From the NCBI RefSeq assembly GCF_964204645.1, contig NC_134035.1, positions 8,650,451 to 8,714,450 on the forward strand: 64,000 nt of DNA, read 5' to 3'. The position numbers were made by a program, and so were the translations under genes. Each line of letters begins with the position of its first letter. Position 1 is the first letter of the stretch. This document shows, one piece after another, positions 1 through 9,389 of this stretch. This DNA comes from Tubulanus polymorphus. Lineage: Eukaryota; Animalia; Nemertea. The notes under the pieces are model-generated. The model was not told the DNA's origin, made no database searches, and saw only the letters and a program-made list of their open reading frames with translations.

Positions 1-2085
1 CGAAGCGGACCAGTTAAAAACGGACACGGCGTACCTGAAACCTTACTGCCCGGAGATCGCGCGGATTCACGATTCAATCGACGACATAAACGGCCTTTTT
101 AACGTTATCGACAAGAAAATAGTAGAATTGACGGAGCTCACGTCCGACTACGACTCGTCCTACAGTCGTCTGATTTCAACACTCGAAACTTTCAACGCTA
201 GTGTGCAGATCGATGCAAATTTTATCAAGTAAGTAAAACGAGGTTTATGGTGTATCATTATTACAGAATTCAGATTAATATTTAAATTCATTGCTCCAGA
301 AATGATACTCAATAGGATCCCGCGGATTTTTCTTCATATTCGCCCGATCGATGAGAGTTCATGCATAGAAGGAATTCCAAAACGAATATTGTCCGCAGTG
401 AATACCTTTAAGGCGTTGTTATCTAAGCAACTCGGCAAACTCGCGTTAGACGGCCGAACCTGAACCTGTGATTGAAAAGGCCGCCATTTCGTTTTTCAAT
501 CGATCGACGAACATGCTTGTCGTGGGCGCCATCTAGAGACGCGAACCAACTCGCCTGCACGGACGAGTTCTCGCGTTGGATACTCGTCTAACTAAATGTG
601 CCGAGTTGGGTACTCGAGTATGACGAGTTGGTTCAATAAATTGACAATTTGACGGCGACGTAAGCGAGTTGCTAAAATATAAAAAACGCCTTACAGATCA
701 ACGAGAGTATTCCCACAACAGATTCAGTCAAAAAGGAAAACTTCTATACAAGAATGATATCTACATTTCGAGCAACGTTTCGGCTAAATACTATTTTCAT
801 TCTACTATTCTCATCCTATTCTCAGTACGCCTGATGATGGCTAATAGCGTTTAGCCGAAACGTTGCTCGAAATGTAGACATCATTTTGATATAGAAGTTT
901 TCATTTTCGGCTGAATTTATCGTGGGATCTCTCTCGCTTTTTTCATCATACGGATACTGTGACTATAGTGAACTGATATTAATCTCAGTGTAGAGTTAAC
1001 AAATAAAAACCCTCAGTAGATATGTAGAAAACTTTATTCTCTAACAGTTTCGGTGTTACTTCTAAACCCCATCATCAGAAAATGATAATATAACGCTTTA
1101 TTATATCATAATATGTTATATTATTGTATTTTATCATTATTATTTATATTACTATATTATTTATGCTATTTTGATATATATAATATTATCATATTATTGT
1201 TGATATTGTATCATTTTAGTTTCTCTGATGACGGGGTTTAGAAGTGACCCCGAAACTGTTAGAAAATAAAAGTTTTCTACATATCTACTGTGGGTTTCTA
1301 TTTGTTAATCGATATTGTGTATCATCTCGTCTCAACTTTAAGATCAGTTTCCAATTTCAAAATGCGTAGGTATTTCTATCTAACATTTCACATTTCGTTT
1401 GATTTTATTTTTTCGCGTAGACGCAATTTTGTCGTGCTAAACGTATACTATACGACGATGAGCTACGAACAAATCATCAAATCGCAAGCCTACAATTTAC
1501 TGGGGCTGATATGTGAGTAATGGTATTATTTTCTATAAAGAAAGCGAATAATTTGATATCGATAGTAAAAGCAATGTTGCTTATTTTCTCGCGAAGCGCA
1601 GCCGTTTAGGTCAATATTGCTCTGCTGTCCGTAAGAGTAAAATTATTCATTCAAGAAAAGAACAATAAGAATAAGAATTTGATCGCTAAGAAATGAATTG
1701 CAGTTGAAAGTATTAAGTTTAACACCTCATTTTCTTCTGGTAAATTCTTGGCAATTAAAAACACTTCGTGATAAATATTTTCATCATAAAAGTTGCTGAC
1801 CTATTCAATTAAGTTATATACTCCAAATCAATATTATCTGATAACACCCTCATTTCAGGTGATATAGGTGGTTCTGCCGGGTTGTATTTGGGCGCGTCCC
1901 TTCTTACGATACTAGAACTGTTCTACTTCGTCGGAACTAAAGCCTCCACGCGCGTAGAAGTACGCGCCAACCGGGCCGTCGAAATGTCCTGCGAAAACGA
2001 GTGTTCGGTGAACTCTACTGAGGCGATCTGCACGGACTTTCAGTCGAAGAAATGTGACCAACAAACCGCAGATGGGAAATTCTAG
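1..2085 (+). CDS. DEG/ENaC (ASIC-like) amiloride-sensitive channel, last three exons (5'-truncated by window edge)
   Basis: Exons <1-228, 1421-1512 and 1859-2085 have GT-AG junctions in matching phases (2, 1). Spliced protein: ...QIDANFIK/RNFVVLNVYYTTMSYEQIIKSQAYNLLGLI/CDIGGSAGLYLGASLLTILELFYF..., the DEG/ENaC pre-M2 and TM2 signature with the GAS selectivity filter. AATAAA occurs at ~2189 and ~2217. Confidence 0.93.
702..937. mobile_element. Palindromic Penelope-type element with minimal hammerhead ribozyme motif (+)
   Basis: ~90-bp inverted arms. CTGATGA 831-837, stem II GGCTAA/TTAGCC, GAAAC 857-861, GTT triplet; stem I is only 2 bp. Confidence 0.6.
996..1308. mobile_element. Palindromic Penelope-type element with two divergent minimal hammerhead motifs around an AT-rich microsatellite
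   Basis: + arm: TTTCT-CTGATGA(1225-1231)-C-GGGGTT/GACCCC-GAAAC-T-GTT-AGAAA, followed by AATAAA. The - arm has the same motif with its core at 1078-1072. Confidence 0.7.
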
Positions 2086-2621
2086 ATCGACTATCGAATA
2101 TAAAATATCGATTCGAAGTCCAGACTTTTGAAATTCGACCGATCGAATATCGAATTGAATTTTTGTGAAAGCTCTTCATTTTTAACAGAATAAATCTATC
2201 ATCCATTATACCGGGGAATAAAGGCTTCGTAGCTTGATAGCGCTATACCTTTCTCATGGCTGTCGCGAGGTCAGACTTTGAGGGGGCAAATTTAGGAATG
2301 ATTGGAAATTGATATGCCAGCAGGATTTAAAAAATAAAGAAAAACGATGTAAAGCCATGGTCGACTAGGTCAAAAAAGTAACTAAGTTGTATATCATAGA
2401 TTTTCTCCTGAAATCTATTGTATAGATTTTCCACTTGCGGTATGCCTCATTGATGAGAAGGAGGTGAAAACAGCTGCGTCGTTTATGAAAGTAATACAGA
2501 TTATTTCCCTTCCAAGTGCTAAAATCAATCGCTACGTACGCGTAATATAATTATAGCTTTGCTACAAAAATGATAGAACGAATACGATTGTGCTGCTTTA
2601 GAAAGACTGCTATATATTTGC

Positions 2622-3710
2622 ATGATGAATAGGACCAACATTTTAGCTCTAATGTGCGGTGCGTTCGTGTTCTGGTATTTAGTTCTGTATACCCATATCA
2701 ACGACAGGCAAACGTCGGCGATGACATTCTTTACCCGATTATTTTTAGACGGTCAAAACGATTCCGCTTTAACTGCAGACCTCGTCGAAACTGAAGGCAA
2801 TGCGACGAGTATATCGGGAATTGGTGATGATCATAGAACTAGGAAAGACGGCCCTGCTGTCGAAGTAGATGAACTGATGAAGGATTCTAACATAAACGAT
2901 GTAAGAAAGGATCTCCTTTCAACACGCGCTGAAAGCAAGATACTCGATAAATATGAAACTGGATTGGATTTGCAACAACGCCGGGCGTTCATGGGTCTGA
3001 TTAAGGATTTCGATCATTTTATGGCGAACAACAAGCTGACGTACATGTTATACGGCGGGTCTCTTTTAGGATCGTACCGCCATCACGGGTTCATTCCGTG
3101 GGACGACGATTTCGACGTGTTCATGCCTTTGTCGCAAACCGACGATTTCCGTCGTATTTTCAACTGCTCCGAGCGGGCGCACGGTTCCGTCGGTAATTTG
3201 ACTTTGTGGAGCACGAGAGTGACGCATCTTTGGAAAGTTTACCGAACTGGTTCGATACCTTTCCGGCGCTATCCTTGGGCCTGGCCGTTCATCGACGTGT
3301 ATTTCTATACGGATAATGGAGGTTTGATATCCGACGTGACGGAAACACACGAATGGCGCGTCATGAATAAGCACGATATCTTCCCACTGATTAAGGTACC
3401 TTTTGAAGAATTAAGGCTCCCTTGTCCGCGCAATTGGTATCGCGTTGTGGATTTCCTGTTCACCAAGAACGTTCGCCATCCGACTGACTGGTGTCAAAGT
3501 CTACATTGGAACCACAAACGGGAAATCAGTGGCCGACGAGGAATACATCGTTGCGCGTTGTTGAAATACAGATATCCATTCGTGCGGCGAGCTTGCGTCG
3601 ATGGAATCGTCATAGAATCTCTGATGATCGGCGACGAAACATTACATAATTGGACTTACGTGAAGAATTCACCCGGTTCACCTGTCGATCCTTCAATAAC
3701 GTGTTCATAA
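2622..3710 (+). CDS. LicD-family (fukutin/FKRP-related) phosphotransferase, type II membrane protein, 362 aa, intronless CDS
   Basis: N-terminal hydrophobic anchor and low-complexity stem, then the LicD nucleotidyltransferase-fold motifs YMLYGGSLLGSYRHHGFIPWDDDFDV, WAWPFIDVYFY and DIFPLIKVPFEELRLPCP. Possible 5'UTR acceptor (ctttag) at 2601. Confidence 0.92.
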   Translation: MMNRTNILALMCGAFVFWYLVLYTHINDRQTSAMTFFTRLFLDGQNDSALTADLVETEGNATSISGIGDDHRTRKDGPAVEVDELMKDSNINDVRKDLLSTRAESKILDKYETGLDLQQRRAFMGLIKDFDHFMANNKLTYMLYGGSLLGSYRHHGFIPWDDDFDVFMPLSQTDDFRRIFNCSERAHGSVGNLTLWSTRVTHLWKVYRTGSIPFRRYPWAWPFIDVYFYTDNGGLISDVTETHEWRVMNKHDIFPLIKVPFEELRLPCPRNWYRVVDFLFTKNVRHPTDWCQSLHWNHKREISGRRGIHRCALLKYRYPFVRRACVDGIVIESLMIGDETLHNWTYVKNSPGSPVDPSITCS

Positions 3711-3922
3711 TCATCAAACTATAAATAATAATTAGTTTACGCAGACAGTTTAATTAAAGTTATTATTCTCGACTTGGGATACGAGGTTTCGCTATGAATA
3801 ATAGCTGTCCTTTCTGTATAAACTGAACTCATTTAACTGAATTTACCCGTAAGTGCTATTTGTCTATGTTTTACTGATTCGACACCAGGCTAACAAATTA
3901 GTTAAAGAAATATTCGAATTAA

Positions 3923-4228
3923 ATGGTGAAAATGATGAATTTGTATTTTCTCGGTGTCTGTGCGTTTTTATTTCACGTCGCTCTCGGTTTTGGTACGTAT
4001 TTTAAACTGTGTCCGGTGGTGGTTGATCAAGCGTTTGGAAACGACTCGAGCACGAGGCTTCCTCTGTCGAGTGCGACTGCGGTTTCTAGAATACATTGTG
4101 TCGCGCTTTGTCTCCGGATCGAACTGTGTCGAGCCGTTATATTCGACAAACATCGACTTACTTGCGAACTGTACGGAAACGTGTCATCGTGTTGGGCTAC
4201 GGACTCGGAATTGTGGATAAAACTACCG
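3923..4228 (+). CDS. Exon 1 of a secreted protein: signal peptide + PAN/apple domain
   Basis: MVKMMNLYFLGVCAFLFHVALG signal peptide; PAN cysteine pattern SRIHCVALCLRIELCRAVIF...TCELY; donor GTGAGT at 4229 (phase 0). Confidence 0.75.
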
Positions 4229-5047
4229 GTGAGTGTTCTTTTCGCTGCTTTTTACTCGATAGTTTGAATCTTTTCATGACAAATCTCTTTCCAGTCCAGG
4301 ACAAGAATTACTGTTCAATAATTTTTTGTTGGTATTTGTCGTGATGAGCTAGATAGACCAATCTATATTTTCATATTGCAAATATATTTCTCATATTTTT
4401 TCAAATTCTTAATGTAAATTCAAATCTATGGTATCGAATTCCGATAGAATTCAGACTTGAAATTCGACATTGTCTACAGATGGGAGTCTTGCCTTCAATG
4501 AAGCTATAACACAAAAGCCTAAATACCACCTGGTATAGATACTTGAAACTATCCGTATGTAAAATGAAAATGATGCAGTATTCGTGCGGTTTCTCATTCG
4601 GATTGCGCATAGTTTTCCTGTTTCTTAGCTGAAATATGGCATTTTTTCAGAAATTGGATATTCCACTTTGCAGGGATACGAAACAACGTGCAATCATGTA
4701 TCTCAATAAGTGAATTACGACCCTTTGATGTTTTCCCTAATGTCACAAATCGAACCAAGCCGTCTGAAGCGTTAAGCAATTTATTCACGAAAGTCAGTCC
4801 AGACATTCAGATATTTCAGTGCGATTACTGAATTATCGAATCTTGTTTTGCGCCGTGTTTTAACGAGTTGTGGTAATCACTTATTCAATTTTCACAACTC
4901 TCGTAGATAGTTAGGTCTATTGATAAAGTCCTCGTTGAATCGATTAAGAATTATCGCATAAAAAACTCATGAAAATATCTCGCAGCTGCTTCCACAATCG
5001 ATCTGATGACACTTCAACAAACAAAATTTTATTGAAGAGAAGTTTGG

Positions 5048-5524
5048 GGCCGTGCATAATGTACGTACGCGCGTAGGGGGAGGGCTTTCAGAGATCCGTA
5101 CAAAAGCGTACAGGGGGAGGGGAGGGGTAAGCGTAGGTACTTTTCCAAGAGAGAGGGTAATGTTTATAGTACGCACGAAAGATAATGTGATTTTTTACAA
5201 ATATCCCCTATATTTGTTGTTGGGATTTCCTGGGAATTCCCCATTCTCAGCCTTTCAGTTCGTCAAAACGTACATCGTCGTCGGACCTCCGAGGAATTTT
5301 ACCTTTTTTAAAACATGGATCCTGAAAAATGAGAGGTGACACAACAGGTGGTACATAGATCGTTAAGTCCCACCTGGTGAAGATCATCATACCACAACAC
5401 TGGTGGAGAACAGTCCCATAATATACGCAAAGGGAGGGGGGTATGAAAAAAACGTACAGAGAGAGTACATGGAGAGGGAGTTAAAAATACCCGGAAGTCA
5501 AGCGTACGTACTTTATGCACGGCC
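5048..5524. mobile_element. Non-autonomous DNA transposon (MITE)
   Basis: TIR GGCCGTGCATAAWGTACGTACGC at both ends; related partial end at ~19770-19870. Confidence 0.7.
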
Positions 5525-5947
5525 ATTTTGTTTTCCATTTACTGTCGAAAAGATCGTGACCATAAATTTCGTTTTTTTTTCGTGAAAATCTCACTGTAAT
5601 ATTGTTTCTCATCCCGCGACCCATAAAAGGCCACTGAGGGAAATGGAATGGAGGTCTCTGTTCTTGAAGCTCCGCTGCCTCAATCTATTTTCTCGCATGT
5701 TTTGCAGGTTCTCGACCCTCCCGATAACAAGAGATGCACGAATAAAGACCAAACTCGTAAGTAAAAACGACCATCGAAGCGAAATCCCAGGAGTAATTAG
5801 ATAATAGTCGTTTCAGATCAACAAAGGTCGAAAGGTCGAGAGGTATTCCAAAATTGTAATTTTTTTGATAAATCAATTGTGAGCGTAGCAAATGTGGAGC
5901 GAACAATTGATTTAATTCTAAAAATTACAATTTTGGAATATACACCC

Positions 5948-6125
5948 TAGTCGACAAAAACCCACAATAAAAAAGAAAAAAACAGTTCAAAAACAGTTTT
6001 TGAAAATGGCTCATAGATTTGAGTCGAAACGTCAAACTATCAGTTTTTCTTTTTTATTGAGAGCCATTTTCAAAAACTGTTTTTGAACTGTTTTTTTCTT
6101 TTTTATTGTGGGTTTTTGTCGACTA
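5948..6125. mobile_element. Palindromic element with a U3-A8 variant hammerhead motif, nested in a larger inverted repeat (~5770-6248)
   Basis: AGTTT-TTGAAAA(6000-6006)-T-GGCTCA/TGAGTC-GAAAC-GTC-AAACT; ~65-bp perfect inverted arms starting GTCGACAAAAACCCAC. Confidence 0.6.
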
Positions 6126-6717
6126 ATTGATATTGAACAATTGATTTATCATATGAAACTACAATTTTGGAATATACACCCTCTCGACCTTTAGACCTTT
6201 GATCTGAAACGACCATCATCTTATTACTCCCAGGAACCGATGATGGCTATGAGAGGACAGCGGAAATATCATAGCCTCGATAAAAGTCAGATCTCATAAA
6301 TCTTAACTCTTGAAATCTTCTTAAACACGGTAAAATTAGTTTTCGATATGGTAATTTGTCACCTTTTAGGCGCTCGATTAAACATGATATTACCGTGGAA
6401 TATTACCGTAATCGTGGTATTACCGTAATCATATACTAGATGCATTTCATGTCATACCCGTCGAATCAAGCGCGCTAAGACCAATGATTCATTTCTGGTG
6501 CCGGTGCCTGAATGGAACTGTGTTTTTATTGGTGTGCCATAACGAAAATTTGTTTCGCTGGGAAATTCATTGTTTTAGGGCGCCCAGAAACGGAGAAAAT
6601 TCGCCGTTTTTTTTTTCTTGTTTCGGCTTGCTAGCGTTTTAATTGGCGTATTCGGAATTTTGCGTTCACGGCCCAAATCAGCCAACGTAATAATGGTAGA
6701 AATTTCGGCGCTGTTAA

Positions 6718-7016
6718 AGCCCAACGCACACGGCACCGAAAAAACGTTTTTTCCTCGTGAAAAAAAAACGTTTTCGATGTTTTTTCTTATGCCGTGTGCG
6801 GGGGAGGCAAAACACAAAACGCCGAACTGAAAAACGTTTTACGCGAGCAAAAACCGTTTTTCACGAAACAAGCACTGCTTGATTTGCGAAAACGTTTTTG
6901 TTCCGTGTGCGTTGAACGTTTTATCGTTTGCGGGCAAAACGTTTTACGAAAAACGTTTTGTGAAAAACGTGTTTTCTGTTTCGGCGAAACAAATGTTTTG
7001 CCGTGTGCGGCGGGCT
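6718..7016. mobile_element. PIF/Harbinger-like MITE
   Basis: TIR AGCCCnnCGCACACGGCA; TAA target duplication (6715-6717 and 7017-7019); interior rich in AAAACGTTTT. Confidence 0.65.
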
Positions 7017-7601
7017 TAAGTTAAGAGCGCACAGACTAAAACGAGAGACCGTTTTGTGCTATTGTTAAGTGTTTCGTTTCTGTTCTGCGATACTTCCGAC
7101 AAAGAGGGTACTTTCCGTAACGGGGAGACGTAACATAGATGTCGATAATATTGTGTAAATAACACATCCGCGAGATTGGAACGAAGGTTTTCGTACTCCT
7201 AGCTTTTATGAACTATGTGTTCAACAACGTTTGCAGCGGCGGAGCAAAGCTTTTCATCACCCTGCACTGGTTAATAAAAATTCGAGTATTTTTCGCATCG
7301 TTCCATCGCAGACAATACCTGGAATCGTTCCTTCATATCTCATTGGATATCGATGTCTGCGAAGAGTACGGGTACACCGATATTCAGACACTTCCCGCGA
7401 AAACGCTTTAGCCTGTCACGCTCTCCTAATACGATATTTTCTTCGATATATTGTCGAGAAACAAGCGTAGCTCTTCATTGTCGAGCCGTTCACTCTTCAT
7501 TGACGTCAGATTATTTACAGTTGCAATTTTACACGGAAACGACAACTTAAATGAACTTTAACATCGGTTTTAAATCTTTTCTTCTGATTTTTCACTTTCA
7601 G

Positions 7602-8290
7602 ACATGAACATTTTATTCGACGATATTTCACCCGTCAACGGAAACGATATTACAACTATACCCACATCGACGTCATGTCCCGTCCGGGCGATAGGTGGCG
7701 TGGAAGTCATAACGGGTACGATCGGTAAGGGAATCGCTATCGGCCGCGAGTCTGGTGGGTATATCGAACTAGGAACGTTCGCCAAATCTTGTCTCGGTAA
7801 CCCGAATATTTGCGGGTCGTTCGCGATAGCTATGCACATTAATGTCGACGCCGATGGCTGTCCGTTGTTTCTCGGTACGATGTTATTTTGCGGCGGCACT
7901 CCGCGACATTTCTTCATGTTGTGCGGCACCACTGGTATCACTATTGTGATGTACGATAACTCGAATTTGAAACCACCTCGGGTCAAAACCGTAGGAAAGG
8001 GGATCGAAAGCCAGGGTTGGACTTGGTTGGCCGTCGTTTGGAACCGAGAACTGCAGAAACTCGAAATTCAAATCGGTCAGACGTTAACCGAAGTGAAATC
8101 CGTAGGCACAGGCTCTTACAATATTCAATCGATCGACGGGAAATGTTTCGTCGGTTTGCCCGCAAATTACACCTCTCCAAGCGCATATAGAGCTAAATTT
8201 GAAATTGATGCGCTGTTTATTTGGAATTCGGTGATTACGTTAACAGAGGTAGAAAACGAAATACGGGCCGTAACAAACATTTCAGTATAA
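7602..8290 (+). CDS. Terminal exon encoding a LamG/concanavalin-A (pentraxin-like, ADGRD1/GPR133-type) domain; probably the same gene as 3923-4228
   Basis: Strong acceptor ttttcactttcag at 7601 and a 228-aa open frame with G-x-IGKGI...YIELGTFAKSCLGNPNICG-SFAIAM, WTWLAVVWN and FEIDALFIWNSVIT, matching LamG-like beta-sandwich motifs. Confidence 0.75.
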
Positions 8291-8710
8291 CGCGTTTCCT
8301 TTGCAGAACACTTTGCCTAAGCAGCCGTTTAACAAGCGACTGTGGAAATTTGATCATTCGTATATAATGAAGTAGTATTTTGTCTTCACTTACATTTTAT
8401 TTTACTCGTAGTATAGTATAGTGTAGTATATATCTATTACTCATCGCAGTTGTTCAAACTGGTCTGATGGAAAACATGCTTTAACAATAGTTTCACAGAT
8501 GGCAGTCTACTGACGACTGCGGAATAAGAGTATGACAAAAGGATATGTTATATAGGTTAAACATTATACAGAGATGATTGATTTTCTGGTAACTACTGTT
8601 CGAGGTCCCTGAGAAGGAACTTCCTTCGTTTAGATATTTCAATAACATTACTACGTAACATTACTTACATTTCACAGCGATTTTGTGACATTGATGTTAA
8701 CTGCGCGAAC

Positions 8711-8850
8711 GTATGGATGCCCCTTGGTGACATACAGGATAATTTTTTCACAATTTCGACTTATTAAGTTGAATTTCGACCTATCATCTCAAAATTCATA
8801 AGTCGAAATTGTGAAAGAAATATCTCGTATGTCACCTAGGGCTTACGTAC
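8711..8850. mobile_element. Short foldback MITE
   Basis: ~50-bp inverted arms (GGTGACATAC...CACAATTTCGACTTAT and its reverse complement). Confidence 0.55.
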
Positions 8851-9389
8851 GAACGCGAGGAATGAGCTGTATTCACTGATGAAGCCATCAAACTATCCGG
8901 CGAATTGTCGAACAGTCGTTAATCAACCACCAGCGTTCGACAAAAGTCGCATTGATTATAATTAGAATTTTCGATGACATCTTAAGATTCATCAAATGTT
9001 TGCCATAAAAACTAGCCGAAAAAACATAAACTAGTTTTTACTTTCGCCAGTAAATTCTTGCATATGGACTCCTTAACTGCTTAATTGTTGCCAATCGCCG
9101 TCAACAATCGATAACCGCATGCACCAATAATGGTGACCCAGCCTGAATATGATTTCGAATCCGGTTAAGCTCGGGTTCATCGGTCGATGGTACATGTAGT
9201 CTAAACACCGGGGAAAACCAATTTTCAACAAAGGTTTTTATAGAAAAAGGCCTGAATAAGAGTTATTGCTGGGTTCAAGGCTGTTTGAAAGATAATTCTT
9301 GGATTGAAAACCCCGTCAATTTGTTCATCATTAGTTTTTCTGTCCTATTCGAAACGATTTCACCGCGATATTCTCAAGTCTTTGTTAAT

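Noticed and set aside
3066-3374. Antisense ORFs within LicD, LamG (7570-7986) and Dbx (61439-61678)
   Set aside because: Shadow frames of genuine coding exons.
2622-3710. Intronless LicD as a recent bacterial horizontal transfer
   Set aside because: The type II membrane anchor plus stem and the WPFID-type motif fit the animal LicD expansions; nothing bacterial flanks it. A phylogeny would be needed to claim transfer.
7312-7470. Candidate linker exon between the PAN and LamG exons
   Set aside because: It has a plausible acceptor but no convincing phase-1 donor, and the peptide is unrecognisable.
8870-8915. CTGATGA-AGCC...GGC-GAAT-TGTC hammerhead-like string
   Set aside because: GAAA is broken, stem II is 3 bp and stem I is imperfect; at best a relic.
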